From Vicugna vicugna (lineage: Eukaryota), in the NCBI GenBank assembly GCA_013265495.1, contig MU058451.1, positions 1,258,584-1,322,583 of the forward strand: 64,000 nt of DNA. The letters run 5' to 3'. A program made the position numbers and the translations under genes. Below the pieces are notes generated by a model that was given only the letters and a program-made list of their open reading frames with translations, made no database searches and was not told the DNA's origin. Shown piece after piece: positions 52,541-64,000 of this stretch. Positions within the stretch are counted from its first letter, which is position 1. Each line of letters begins with the position of its first letter.

Positions 52541-52647
52541 TGTTCTTGCTTAGCTAGTTCCACAGCTGCCTATTCACTCCCCTGTGACCAAAGTTCTCCC
52601 TCTCCATTCAGACCCAAATGAAGATTAAGTCCAATATTTTTCCCTCT

Positions 52648-53078
52648 TATATTAGTTTTGTAGGGCTGTTGTAACAAATTATGATGAACTTGGTGGCTTA
52701 ACACAGCAGAAATTTATTCTCTCACAGTTCCAGGGGCCAGAAGCTCAGAATCGAGGTGCTGGCAGGGCCATGCTCTCTCTGAAGGCTCCAGAGGACAAGT
52801 CTTCCTTGCTTCTTCCCAGCTTCCCTGGGGCACAGGCAATCTTCGGCAGCATCGTCCAGTCACTGTCTGCATTGTCACATGTCTTTCTCTCCTGTGTCTC
52901 TGACTGTATGTCCAAACGTCCCTCTTCTCATAAGGACACCATTCATTTTGAATTAGAGGCAATCTAATGCAGCATGGAGTCATCTTAACTTTATTACACC
53001 TGCAAAAGACCTTATTTTAAATAGTGTCACATTCACAGGTTCCGGGTGGATGTGAATTTTGGGGGGATACATTCAATT
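52648..53078. mobile_element. MaLR LTR (MLT1-like)
   Basis: agggctgttgtaacaaattat...tggcttaacacagcagaaatttattctctcacagttc. Confidence 0.9.
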
Positions 53079-54229
53079 TCCTAATCTGTCCTCTGTTTTC
53101 TATCTCAGCTACCATAGCCCTAATTCAAATCTTTATCACCCTGCCTCTCTCATCTGACTATTCCAACAGCCTCCACAGAGATCTTGCCTCCTATAATATC
53201 TAGAGTGACTTTTCTCAAATGCAAATGTCACCATGGCCCTCTCCTTTTTACAATCCTTCTTTTCCCTGTCATCTCAGCAGAAGTCCTCCGTCTTTTGGCC
53301 AGCACACATGATGGATGAGTTCACTGTGTGACAATGTATTGGGTGCCCAGATGATGTGCAGACTGACTACACCTCTACTCAACTGAGTCTGCTTGAATTT
53401 ACAGAGAAAAGCAAGGCATTTAAGTTACTGGCATTGATGATGTTACTTTCAACTCAACACTGATTGGGCCAAACTGCTTTTCAACTCTATGGCTGAAAGT
53501 CACTGGCATTCAAGCCCCTCCCTAATGGGACCTTAGCATGCCCTCTTTTTCTCCTTGTCCTCTGGCCGGTGCTGCTTCTTTTTATTTTTTTACTCATACT
53601 CATTACTCTTGTCTTTTTATCTGGAATAATACATACTCTGCCTTCAAGTAACTTAATGATAACACTCTTTCACTTTAGCCTTGGGAATCTGAAGTTCATT
53701 GGCATAGCTGGACAAGTTCAACAAGTACAAGTGTCCTTTGGGAATAACATGACCAGGTATCTGAATAAGTCTATCCCAGAAAACCGAGGACATATGGCTG
53801 CCCTAAGAAAATATAACAATATACTAACAACTTCTAATGTATTTTCCAAATTTTCTGTAACAAAAAGATGCTATCATAAAGGAATATGGTAGACAGAAGT
53901 CTGTCTCCTGGTCTCAGTCACTCTCACCACTTAGATCAGTTCTCTTCATGTCAGGACAGTTTCCCTCAAAGGCAAATCTCATCACTTGCTCCTGACTGTC
54001 TTCTGGGTGAGACCCTTATTTTCACTGTGTTAAACAAGACCCTTCATAGCATGCTCCTGCCAGTTTGCCAGTCACTTGGGAGCCCAGCCCATGGTTTGGC
54101 CCTCAGTAGTTCTTCAGAAATATATGTTGAATGAATCAATCAGTAAATGGATGGCTACATGAAATGTTTTACAAATTAAAGAAAATGCTTTAAAATAGGC
54201 TGTAGCTAATTTCATCACACAAATAAGTC

Positions 54230-54660
54230 CTTTGGTTGGAGGATATAATCAAGAGGACCTGACCACTGGCTGACCCTGAAGAAGACCCAGGCAATCAGAG
54301 GCTCCTCACATCTCCTCTGCCCTTGGAACATATGCTGTATCTACCGTCCCCACGGCAGGAGCTGTCCCAAGGACACGGCTTTGGGAGAGGAAGGCGTTGC
54401 GGAGACCATCTGGATTGAATGTAGGACTGCACCCTGTTACAGCCTCTATATACATTTTTAAGATCTGATGGGGGGATACAGAAAACTATTCATTTTGTGA
54501 CCACTCAAGAGCAGCCTCATTAGTGAGTTTCCTGGCTTATTAAACCTGCCACCTACCAATCTGGAATGTCCTGCCTCTTTCTTGGGCCTCTCCCTGCCGT
54601 CTGTGTGCAGGGACCACTTTCAGACCACATCCAGGAAGCCCCCAAAGCTGTGACCCAACA
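54230..54660 (+). mobile_element. Probable ERV solo LTR
   Basis: TATA-like ctatatac, polyA-like attaaa at about 54540, ends ...gtgacccaaca. Confidence 0.55.
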
Positions 54661-56239
54661 CCCCTCTGGGTAGAGAGGAAAAGTAAAACAGAGAAACTAA
54701 ATCATTTGCCAAAAGTCACACATGTGACCTATAGGTATTCGGACTTCAAATTCTGCTCCACGGAAGAATAATATATCTACTTTTACATCATCACTTCAAG
54801 TGTTCTAACCAAACTATGCTGCTATATAGTCAACTTTACATTTTCAAAAGCCATTGGTCTGTTAGTAACTGCATGTGAGTTTGACATACGGAACATCTAA
54901 TGGGCCTTATAAGCTGCATGCTGCGCTGTTAACCACTGAACACACGGGAAGTAATCTTTTGTGTTCAATTCATTCATTCATTGTAAAACTGCGAACAATC
55001 AAATGACCATCTCTCCATCCGTCCTTTATAATGTATAAACGTCACGGCTAAGTTCCATGCTGTTCAAAGATTTGAAAACATGGTTCAGTTTCTACTTTAG
55101 CACCTGCTTGACAGTTCTTTAATTATTTAATGTTATTAAGGTACTTAGGTTAAAAACAATACTTGCATGTCTTCCTCTGGGTGTGACTAATGCTCTGACA
55201 ATGCTGCTAAGAAAGACAGGACTTGTCAGAAGATGACAATGAAGGTGATGCAAAGATAAATGCCTAATAACTTGTCAAATTAAAGGAAAACTGTTGTAGA
55301 CCACCAAGTTAACTATACTGTACAAGCTATCAAAAGAAATTTCACACTAAATGACATGATCTCTCATTCCTACTAAATGCTAAGATAACACAGTCAAGGA
55401 AAAAAAAATAAAAGTAAATATTTCATCCTAATAATATTGGAGAAAAATAAATAGGTTTGGAAAAACGTATTTTTTATTTTGATAGGGTAGCAGCGCATAC
55501 AAATCAGCATTATTTTTCTTCTGTCTTGATACAGAAATGCGCTGTAGACATAAGCTTAATGTCAGGCTGCCAAGACCATCGCAGAGCACTGTAGGGAGTA
55601 CTGTAGTGAGCCTTGTCCTTGTGGGTGGATAAAAAGACGAATGTTAGAGACCAAACTCCCTCAGCCTCCCTCCCTACTTCCTGGCCTTTCTGTTCTCAAA
55701 ATTTCCCTGCATCTCCATCCAACTTCTCCCGCACTTCACCTCTTTCCTCCTACTCCATTCTAATCCTTCTACCTAATCCCTTGTTCCCAACCTGAAACTC
55801 TGCTGAATCAATTACGCGGCTCCTACCCCATCCCCATGAACGTTTGTTAGTATTTCCCTCTTCAAAAGTCCCTTCCATTCAGCCTGCCAACATGCTATTG
55901 TTTTCCTATCCAAACCCAGCTTTCTCTTGATCCTCCCATTCCCTCCAGCTCCCCCATGCTTCCCCGGTTCCTCCTCTGGGCCACAGCCAGACTCCTGGAA
56001 AGATGATTGTCCGTCACGGTCGCCCAGCGCCTACTCAGAACACTGATCTGGTTCTCCCAACTCCTTAAAACATCTCATTCCCAAACTCACCTACTTTGGC
56101 TTATATAACTCTCATCTCTCCTGCTTCTCTAACTTCTCTGACGATGCCTTCTCTGTCTCTTCTCCCACCTGACATTCTCCATGTGAATATAGTCTGGAAG
56201 GATCAGTCTTGGCTCCTTCGTTTCTGTTTCTGGGACCAT

Positions 56240-56335
56240 TTTCCTTCTTTCTTTCTTTCTCTTTTCCTCTTTCCCTTCCCTTCCCTTTCCTTCCCTCCCT
56301 CCTTCCCTCTTTCCTTCCTTCCTCTCTCTCTTTAA
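56240..56335. repeat. CT-rich low-complexity (polypyrimidine/polypurine) tract
   Basis: (ttcc/tttc/ccct)n run. Confidence 0.9.
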
Positions 56336-57559
56336 TTGAGTAATCTCATCTAGTCTCAACCATTCATCCATATCGGTAGATACCAACTCCTGCTTTCACT
56401 TTAAACACTCTCCTTGACTCTGGACATGCACTTCCCTCTGTCCCCAGATATGTTTATTTTAATGTTCTAACTCGGTCTTAAGTTCATTCATTAATTTGCT
56501 TATTCAATCATTCACTCAATATATATTTATGAAGTGCCTACTATGTTAGCTAAGATGAGAGTTAAGCTCCTGTCCACATACAATGACTTGAATAAGGCAG
56601 GAGTTTATGTTTTCTGTTTCACAAGATGCCAGAGCACCTGTACTCTAGGACGTCATCCAGAAACCCAGGGCCCTTCCAAATTATCGTTCTGCCCCGCGAA
56701 GGTGTTGTCTACATATGTATGGCCAGAACTGGGTTATGTTCCTGTCAGCATGTGAGAAAGAGAAAAACGAAATGGAAAAGTCCATGCCTAGGGTCAGAAG
56801 ACCAAGCCCCAGAGCGGTCTCTGTCACTCAGCTCACATGGCATTACCCTGACTCAGTCATGTCATCACACTGAACTTGTCAGGGAGGCTGAGTCTCTAGC
56901 TGGGTGGCCGTGTCTTCTGCTGAACTCTGTTGCTGTGGAAGAAGAGGAAACTATATTTTTCGGAGGAGGGACATCTAGTGATCTGTCACTCCCACTGGGA
57001 CTAGGCCTTGTGCCACACATTCAAATTCATTATTCAGAATAATTCTCATTATATTTCCTCTGGTTTCTGTTCAGGATTTTAAACCTCTGTGAATGGTATT
57101 GTCATCCTTGTAGGCACACTTTTTAAATATCCATGATATCTTTTTTTATTGAAGTATAATTGATTTATAGTATTATACTAGTTTCCTGTGTATGACATAG
57201 TGATTCAGTACTCCCAAGATAACTCTGATGCTTTGTCAGCCATTCCTAACCACCCCCCATAGCAGTCACAATTTTCCAAATTGTGATGTCATCTTCCTCT
57301 GTTATATCCCTTGCTTAGCACCATCCTTTCTCTTTTCCTTAATCCATGGGAAGAGTCAGTGCTCATCATTACCATTTATTTGAGGAAGAAAAAAAGACAG
57401 ACTCCCAATTTATCTCCCGTGTTCAGTCTAGCTCTGCTCTTACTTATTCGCACACCCCACAGTAATGTCTCTGAAGCAAGTGCAAACCCTGTGTATAAAG
57501 GAATGATGCGGACTGCTAGGAATGGCATTTGAGGTTTATGAGAAGGATGTGTGTCTTGT

Positions 57560-58020
57560 CTAAGACTGGGGATTGGCTGCCAACAGCTTCCCCGCCCACT
57601 TCACTGGCCCCGAGACGTTCTGCTTTGAGTCATAGTACAAGCTCCATGTTATCTTCCTCTGCACATTTGTTCACATGTTCTCCCTGGGTACCATGCCCTT
57701 CTAGATCCAAAATTCAAATACTCTCAATATTTCAAGGCCCAGTTTAAATTCCATCTTTTCAAAAAAGCTTTCTTTGTTTCTTTTATGAAAAAAAATTCTC
57801 TCCTCAGATCATCTATAAACCTTTATGTGTACCCCACTTGTGGCATTTAACTCTTTATTTATTGTATTATAGATTCTTTATTGTATTATAGCTTTCTTTT
57901 CCACAGAAAGCCCCTCAATATTGGGACTAAGGCTTATTCTTCTGTGTTTTCCACTTAGGCTCTAGTACAATGCATGAAACAGTGAGTGTTTAACAGAAAT
58001 CAGTTAAATGAATGAATGTT
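57560..58020 (+). mobile_element. L2 LINE 3' fragment
   Basis: ctttgcacat-like and ttcaaggcccagtttaaat motifs; ends aaatgaatgaatg. Confidence 0.6.
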
Positions 58021-61000
58021 TGAACAATCAGTTAAAGACATCCAGACTGTGGTAAATACAGGGCAGAGAGTCTATTAGGAAAATATGTCATTTTTGACTG
58101 AAGGATTGATAGACTATTGATTCTAGAACTGATTTCCACTCAGTTAAAATATTAGTAAGACGTTTAGGAAGACACATTTGTAATAACAGCAGATGGCATC
58201 TTGGTGTTTTAAGCTAGGAAGAGGGATACAGGTTTAAAAGAATCATCATGAAAGTGTTTTCCTCAACAAAACACACTTCCCTTATGACTGTCTAAGACGC
58301 TTGTGAGGTCCTAACTTCTTGAACTATTGTGGGGTGTTTTGGGCTTTTTTTTTTGTTTTTGTACTACGTTTTCCAGTTAAGCCTAAAAATATTGAAAACT
58401 TTTTCATTCTAATTATTATGTGGTATTTCCAGTCCCAGTCAGAAGTAAGGCTATGAAAACTCTTACTAGAAAGACTCTTTTCATAGTATTTCCCAATTGA
58501 GTTTTATAGCCTGGAGATATTGCAATTCTTAAGATAATTTCCCCCCAAAGCCCAACATTTTTCCAAGCAATAATTCCGACTCTTTTGACATTTATGTATC
58601 TGAAGCATTGGTAAAATCAAACCAACATTTACTTGTAGCAATGCTACATCTGCCTTCTGGAGCTAGGACAATATTTTAAAGTGGCAGGATCTCATAAATG
58701 TTTCATGGAAAATAAGAAAAACATGCTATAAAAATCAGCAAACCGTGAGATAAGAAGGAAGAGGAAGGAGTGGGTGATCAGTGAATCCCTCTGGGATGAT
58801 TGTGGAATAAGTTCTTCTAAATACTGGCCACATTTTCACAACTGATAAGTGACTTTCTGGCCATACATTAGCTAATTCTGGAAGTTGCTTTAACCCTTTC
58901 AAAGTTAATCCTTTCAAGAACTGCACCTCTATTATCTACACAGCTAAACTTGGTCCTTTCTACATAGTCTACATTTTATTCTGAAATTCCCCACTTCAGT
59001 TAGAAGTGGATCCTTATCAACTGTGAAATCTTGGCAAGTCCCTTTACCCTCTCAGAGCCTTAGTATCAGTATCTATTAAAACGTCCATTATAGAGGTTTC
59101 TGTTACACTGACAATGGTGGGTACATAGACTCATTATTTTTGAATGTTTGAAATATTTTATGATAAATTTAACATGGGGCTAAAATATAGGCAAGTTTTG
59201 TAAGAATACAGAGATTATGAATGCAAACTACCCAGTTCAACACGTGGCTTAATAGTCGATAATTATTGTTGCTAATCATGATGCTGTTGCCGGTGGTAAT
59301 TGATGTATTTCCTTAGCAATAGTTATGTACAGAGGAGTGTATTGGGCATTGGTGGGAGTGGGGAGTAAAGAGAGAGGACAGTGCTTTAAAAAAAATGATA
59401 AGAGACCTAATCCCAGTCCTCTGTGATCTAAGCATTTTATTCTGGAAGAGTAGCATTTATAGACATGAAACTATTAAGTAACAATGCAAGGTAGCATATG
59501 ATGAAGGTTAAGTGAATTATGCAGATAATATGTTCCAAAGGAGTTCAGAGAACCATGTGTTCAAATAATTTGTGTGTGGTGTTTGTGTGTGTAAAATACA
59601 TGTTAAATAGGACCATGCAGGACTTTAAGAAAGGAGAAACTTTCACATTGCAGCCCAGAATGACAGAGCACCGCCGGAGTTTGTTATTTAAGAAGAACTC
59701 TTTCAGGGGCCATTTTCTGAAACCCAGAGACCTGTTTGTGACAAGTCTTTCCCCTTCTGCCTACAAATGCCACCCGTGTACTATTATCCTGACATATATG
59801 GTAAAGCACAAAATATGCAGAAACCACTGAATTGATGAGTTAACAAAATACACATGAGCACCAGGAAATTAACAAGATGATGGTCCCGGGTTAGCAGGAG
59901 GCGTATGGCGTTCTGCTCCGTGTGGTTTTCTGGCATGCTTATTAGACTCCTGGGCAAGGAAATACCTCTACCTGGAGATTTAGACACTCGAATTGATACT
60001 CCCCAGCGAGAGTATACTGTTTGTAATAAAAGCAGTCTTTGTGTGGAGAAAATAAAACTGCACACTTTGTACACTTGTAAACCACCCCTGGCTCACAAAG
60101 TTACTATCCCTGCCTTACTCTCAGATTGACAAGCTTTTAAATCTGATATATTTTAGTCTGGGAAAGAAAAAAAAAAGAGCAAGATTCTGTCAGCCTAATC
60201 TCATTACACATGTAGCCGTTACAGTCAAAATGAGTTTCCTGTGAGTAAGTTTGGGTGAGTTTCAAAACCAATTCTCGGAGGAAAAGAGTCATTACGTTGA
60301 AGTGTGTGCTGCGAGATGGCGCTTTCCTATTGTACCAGGGCTTTTGCCTCTATGTTTGCTTAAGCCAGAGGGTGATGAGATGAATAACTCAGATTTTGTT
60401 CAATGAAAGAAGGGGAGAAAAACATTTAAAATGCATACTGTTAATACCTTGTTAAAGGCTTTCTTTAACAAGGAGAAAGTAATAGCTTTGGGGAACTATC
60501 TCATAATACTCTCTTGCTTCTATTTGCTGTCCTACCAAGCTCTTTTTGGACATTTTCTACTCAGAATCATTTCTCTGTTGGCCCATTCGGTCCCTTAAAC
60601 CACCTCACTTCCATCTCCTTCTTTGCTCTTTTATATAAAAGTTGTCCTCTCAAAATACATGCTGTTTGATGGCAGGGACTGGGCTTGGTGTTCACTGCAT
60701 CTTTAGGGACAAAAAGTATCTTATTCCCAGTAGGTCTTCCATTAATGTTTGTCTATAACTGACTTTACTCTGGAAGCTCCCTCTCTAGTGACTCCCTGTG
60801 AACTCAGTACCAGAAAAGATAAAGTCCTCGTTGTGCATTTTGATAGTAAGGACAGTAAGGGCTGCATGTGCCGTGAGAGCAGCCTGGGTCCTAAAACAAA
60901 AGTTCAGAAAGAGCCCCGATGGTGAGGCCATGTTGCAAAAAAGTCTGCTGGGTTAGGACATGGGAAAAAAGGAAAAGGATACGTCTTTGATTTACTGGGC

Positions 61001-62379
61001 ATTCATTATTTATTTCCTAGTTTTCTTCAAATGTGTCACCAATGGGGCTTTTGTTCGTGTTTAGTATCACTAGGAACTTGCTTTTATTATTCTTACTGCT
61101 GCTCAATTGTCCAATCCTTGGCCAGGAGAGCCTGTTCAAGTTGACTACTTGGTTCTTTTGACAAAACGCTAGATTTCTTTCCTCGCTTTGTGGTCATGAC
61201 AAGATGTAGTAGCCTCGTCTTGCTCATTTCTTGCCGTAGACCTGTAGTTGGTTCTTTCTCTAAGAGTATTTGTTCTTTGCAGCAGGAAACATTTGGAGGC
61301 TACAGTTTATGCAATAGGGCTATGCACTGCTGTTCAATGATCATTCATAGGTTTCTTCAGTGGATATATTAGGGAGTGTGTGTGTGTGTTAAAATAAATC
61401 ATTAAGTCATATTGATCCGACCAAATCAAATTCAGGGATGTAGGGTTTTTACTTAACCTCGTGAGTATTATATTTGTATCTACTTTCTTACACAACAAAA
61501 ATCTCGGTTCCCCCACATGGGGAAGGGGGTTCTGAGAGATGAAACTACCCAATCTCTTCTGTGACACAGGGGACACCCTGTAACAAAGTAGAATGAGTCA
61601 GATACTAACTAGCCTTTGCTTGTCCTTCAGGGAACAGAATTTTTTCCCCTCTACTTTAAAATTATTTCATTTTTTATTCATTTTTAGATGGGAAAGGGGG
61701 ATTGTGAATCCAGCTAAAAATAATAAAAGCAATAGCCCTCATTTAGCATTTATTATGCGTTAGGTATTGGGCTAAAGTCTGCACACATGTGTGGGGACGA
61801 GAAAGGAGGTTCTTATCCTCACAGCATTTTCTCTGAGTTTAAGTAGTTATAAGGCTGCACAGGGAAGAAAACATACTAACAGGCCAATATTCACTTATGA
61901 ACTGATAACACAATAGAATTTATAATTAGACTACACTTAAAAACCTTCTTTATTTTTACTAGCATCTTTTCTTGACCATAATTTAAATATCTTTTGTTTG
62001 TTTTTCCTTTTTCAGTTTTATTAGGTAGAATTATTATAGTTCAACTGCACAGACATATTATATTGCATGTAAATACATATATATAGTATACTGAACTTTT
62101 TTAGTTTACATGTATGTACTAATTATTGTTTCTAAGAACAGATTCGAGCTTTAGCTTTTTAAACTTCCATAATTATCAAAGGAATAAAGCCAACTACAAA
62201 ATAAGAATCAACAGAATGTGGTAATCCAGTCATAAAGGACAGTCAAATGTGCTTTGATTTGTGATAATCAAAATAATAATTAGTCCATTTGTGTCCTGAT
62301 TATGATTTTTTTTTTGATTCCTCATATAAATGATGTCATCTGGCTTATTGGTTAAGCTCTTGAAGATTGTACCATGTTG

Positions 62380-63100
62380 TAAATATTTAGCAATAAAATA
62401 GCCAAGATAATTTTGAAAAAGAACAAGAGTGCCCAGTTTGTAGTCTCTAAGTACAATTTTCCACTAAAAGGAATCTGGCTCAGAGAACTATACAGAGAAA
62501 ATATCAGGAATAGGAAATGTGTAACATCAGCCTGGCAGGTCTGTTCGTAGCAGAAGGAAGGAAATAACAATGACTATTGGGGTGGTACCAAATGGATTCA
62601 GAAGAGAGTCCCATTAACCAAGGATGCGATAACCTGACCATTACCAGTAACACTGTCAATGGATTAAAATATATCAAGTATGTTTAAATCCATGGGTTCA
62701 CAATGATACACAAATTGGTTGGCGGAGAAACTTCATGGGTTATCTTTGGAGGATGCTAGGGAACAAACTCATTACTGTATAAACTGATAAAGGGGAAAAA
62801 ATGAGCATTTAATCTGCCTTTCCTGTTTAAATTGAAACTCAGAGTAACCAAAAAGCTCATGAGGAGAAATTTCTATGTTTTCAATAGAAGTTTTCTACCA
62901 AATAAATGAAGAGGGAATGATAGACTATCACCACTTTTCAAAATGCTAATTAATTAATGCATCTTAACAATCATCAAAGGCCACAACATAACAAAATGTG
63001 AGGCAAATGGAAATTATGCCCCTATTGATAGGATGTTGAGTTGTGTGCAATTATTCTTGAAAAAAAAATCGAATCTAATCAACCCCTAAATCTAACCACC
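62380..63100 (+). mobile_element. Old L1 (L1MC-like) fragment
   Basis: aatagccaagataattttgaaaaagaacaa and L1MC-like 3'UTR motifs. Confidence 0.5.
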
Positions 63101-63214
63101 TTTTGATTTCACTGGCCCAAGAACACTGGCAAGGAAGGCAGATGATATTGCCTGGGTGTAGACATTGCTAATCCTGGTTAGCCATGGCTGATTCAGATTT
63201 TTAAATGGGATGGG

Positions 63215-63215
<1 letters not shown>

Positions 63216-63252
<37 letters not shown>
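63216..63252. repeat. (TG)n microsatellite, about 18 units
   Basis: read directly from the sequence. Confidence 0.97.
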
Positions 63253-63256
<4 letters not shown>

Positions 63257-63479
63257 ACAATTGAGGGTAGGTGGGATAGAGTGTCATCTAGTTCAGAGAG
63301 GATGTTGAAATTTCACATATAGAATTCTTAACACATTGTTGAGGTGACATCGATTTTCAAAGTCATAGAAAGGGGAGCTTTATGGAAATTCTGGAGGGGA
63401 ATCAAAGATCCCTGTTCCCCTACAGCTACAATAATGTTACTGTAGCCCTAGAAAATAGAGCCATGCATATTTAGGTTCT

Positions 63480-63960
63480 TTTATTAGTCTCTGGAAGGAG
63501 AGGAAAAAGATGTTACATTCTAACAAAGAAAATTTAATAAAGGAACTATTTACAAAATGTGGGAATCCAGCAGGCACCATAAACAACTGGTAGTTAGCAC
63601 AAGCAGGAAGCCATTACTACCCCAAGGCTACAGGGGAAGGGTCACTGGAATTCAGAGAGAGCTGTAGCTGAAGCTGTCAAAGAAAACTCCCAGACAAAAG
63701 ATGTGGCCTTTGGTAGAGGAATTCAGTCACTGCCAACCTGCACCTAGTGGAGATGGAACTGATGTCAGTCCCCTCCTCTCCTCTGACCTCCTGACCTCCT
63801 CTCATCACCTCCCATTGGATGAACTGAGCTTGAAGTCAACTGGAAGCCACACGGCAAGAAAGCCCACGGAGACAGTCCATGAAGGTCCATCTCCCAAGGT
63901 GATGTCAGCAGGGTGACAAGGATAGCCTCTGTCTGCACCCTTGCAGTGGCAGACAGAGGC
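63480..63960. mobile_element. Old MaLR LTR (MLT1-like)
   Basis: tattagtc start, aaggaactatttaca, cagcaggaagccattactacccc, cctcccattgg motifs. Confidence 0.55.
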
Positions 63961-64000
63961 TATCCACCGTAGACCCGCTCCTCATCTAGGGAAAGCTGTC

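Noticed and set aside
1..64000. CRISPR arrays, operons, rRNA or other prokaryotic systems
   Set aside because: The sequence is mammalian; no regularly spaced repeat-spacer structure or rRNA was seen

Overview
Mammalian genomic DNA, most likely camelid (a Vic-1-like tRNA-derived SINE and camelid-type young L1 3' ends). Much of the window is transposable-element debris: L1, L2, MIR, MaLR/ERV LTRs and hAT MITEs. The ORF track shows no intact single-exon gene. Reading splice signals by hand on the minus strand recovers a chain of 8-9 small exons (14341 down to about 4030) whose phases join into one open frame of about 212-230 aa. By eye, this protein carries the ordered C-terminal motifs of the cGAS/Mab-21 (cGLR) nucleotidyltransferase fold: HFLVP, FRIEF, NLKLASLLMC and W..DL...GYYLP. 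A candidate upstream exon encodes FDTDIV. The exon layout does not match any Mab-21 family gene I recognise, so this may be an unrecognised, divergent or decaying cGAS-like gene. This is motif-level inference and needs an HMM or structure search. Head-to-head with it lie a 5'-intact, 3'-deleted L1 and several plus-strand exons of a probable lncRNA. A twin-primed (5'-inverted) L1 with nested insertions is also present. Repeat family names and most repeat boundaries are approximate, from visual recognition.
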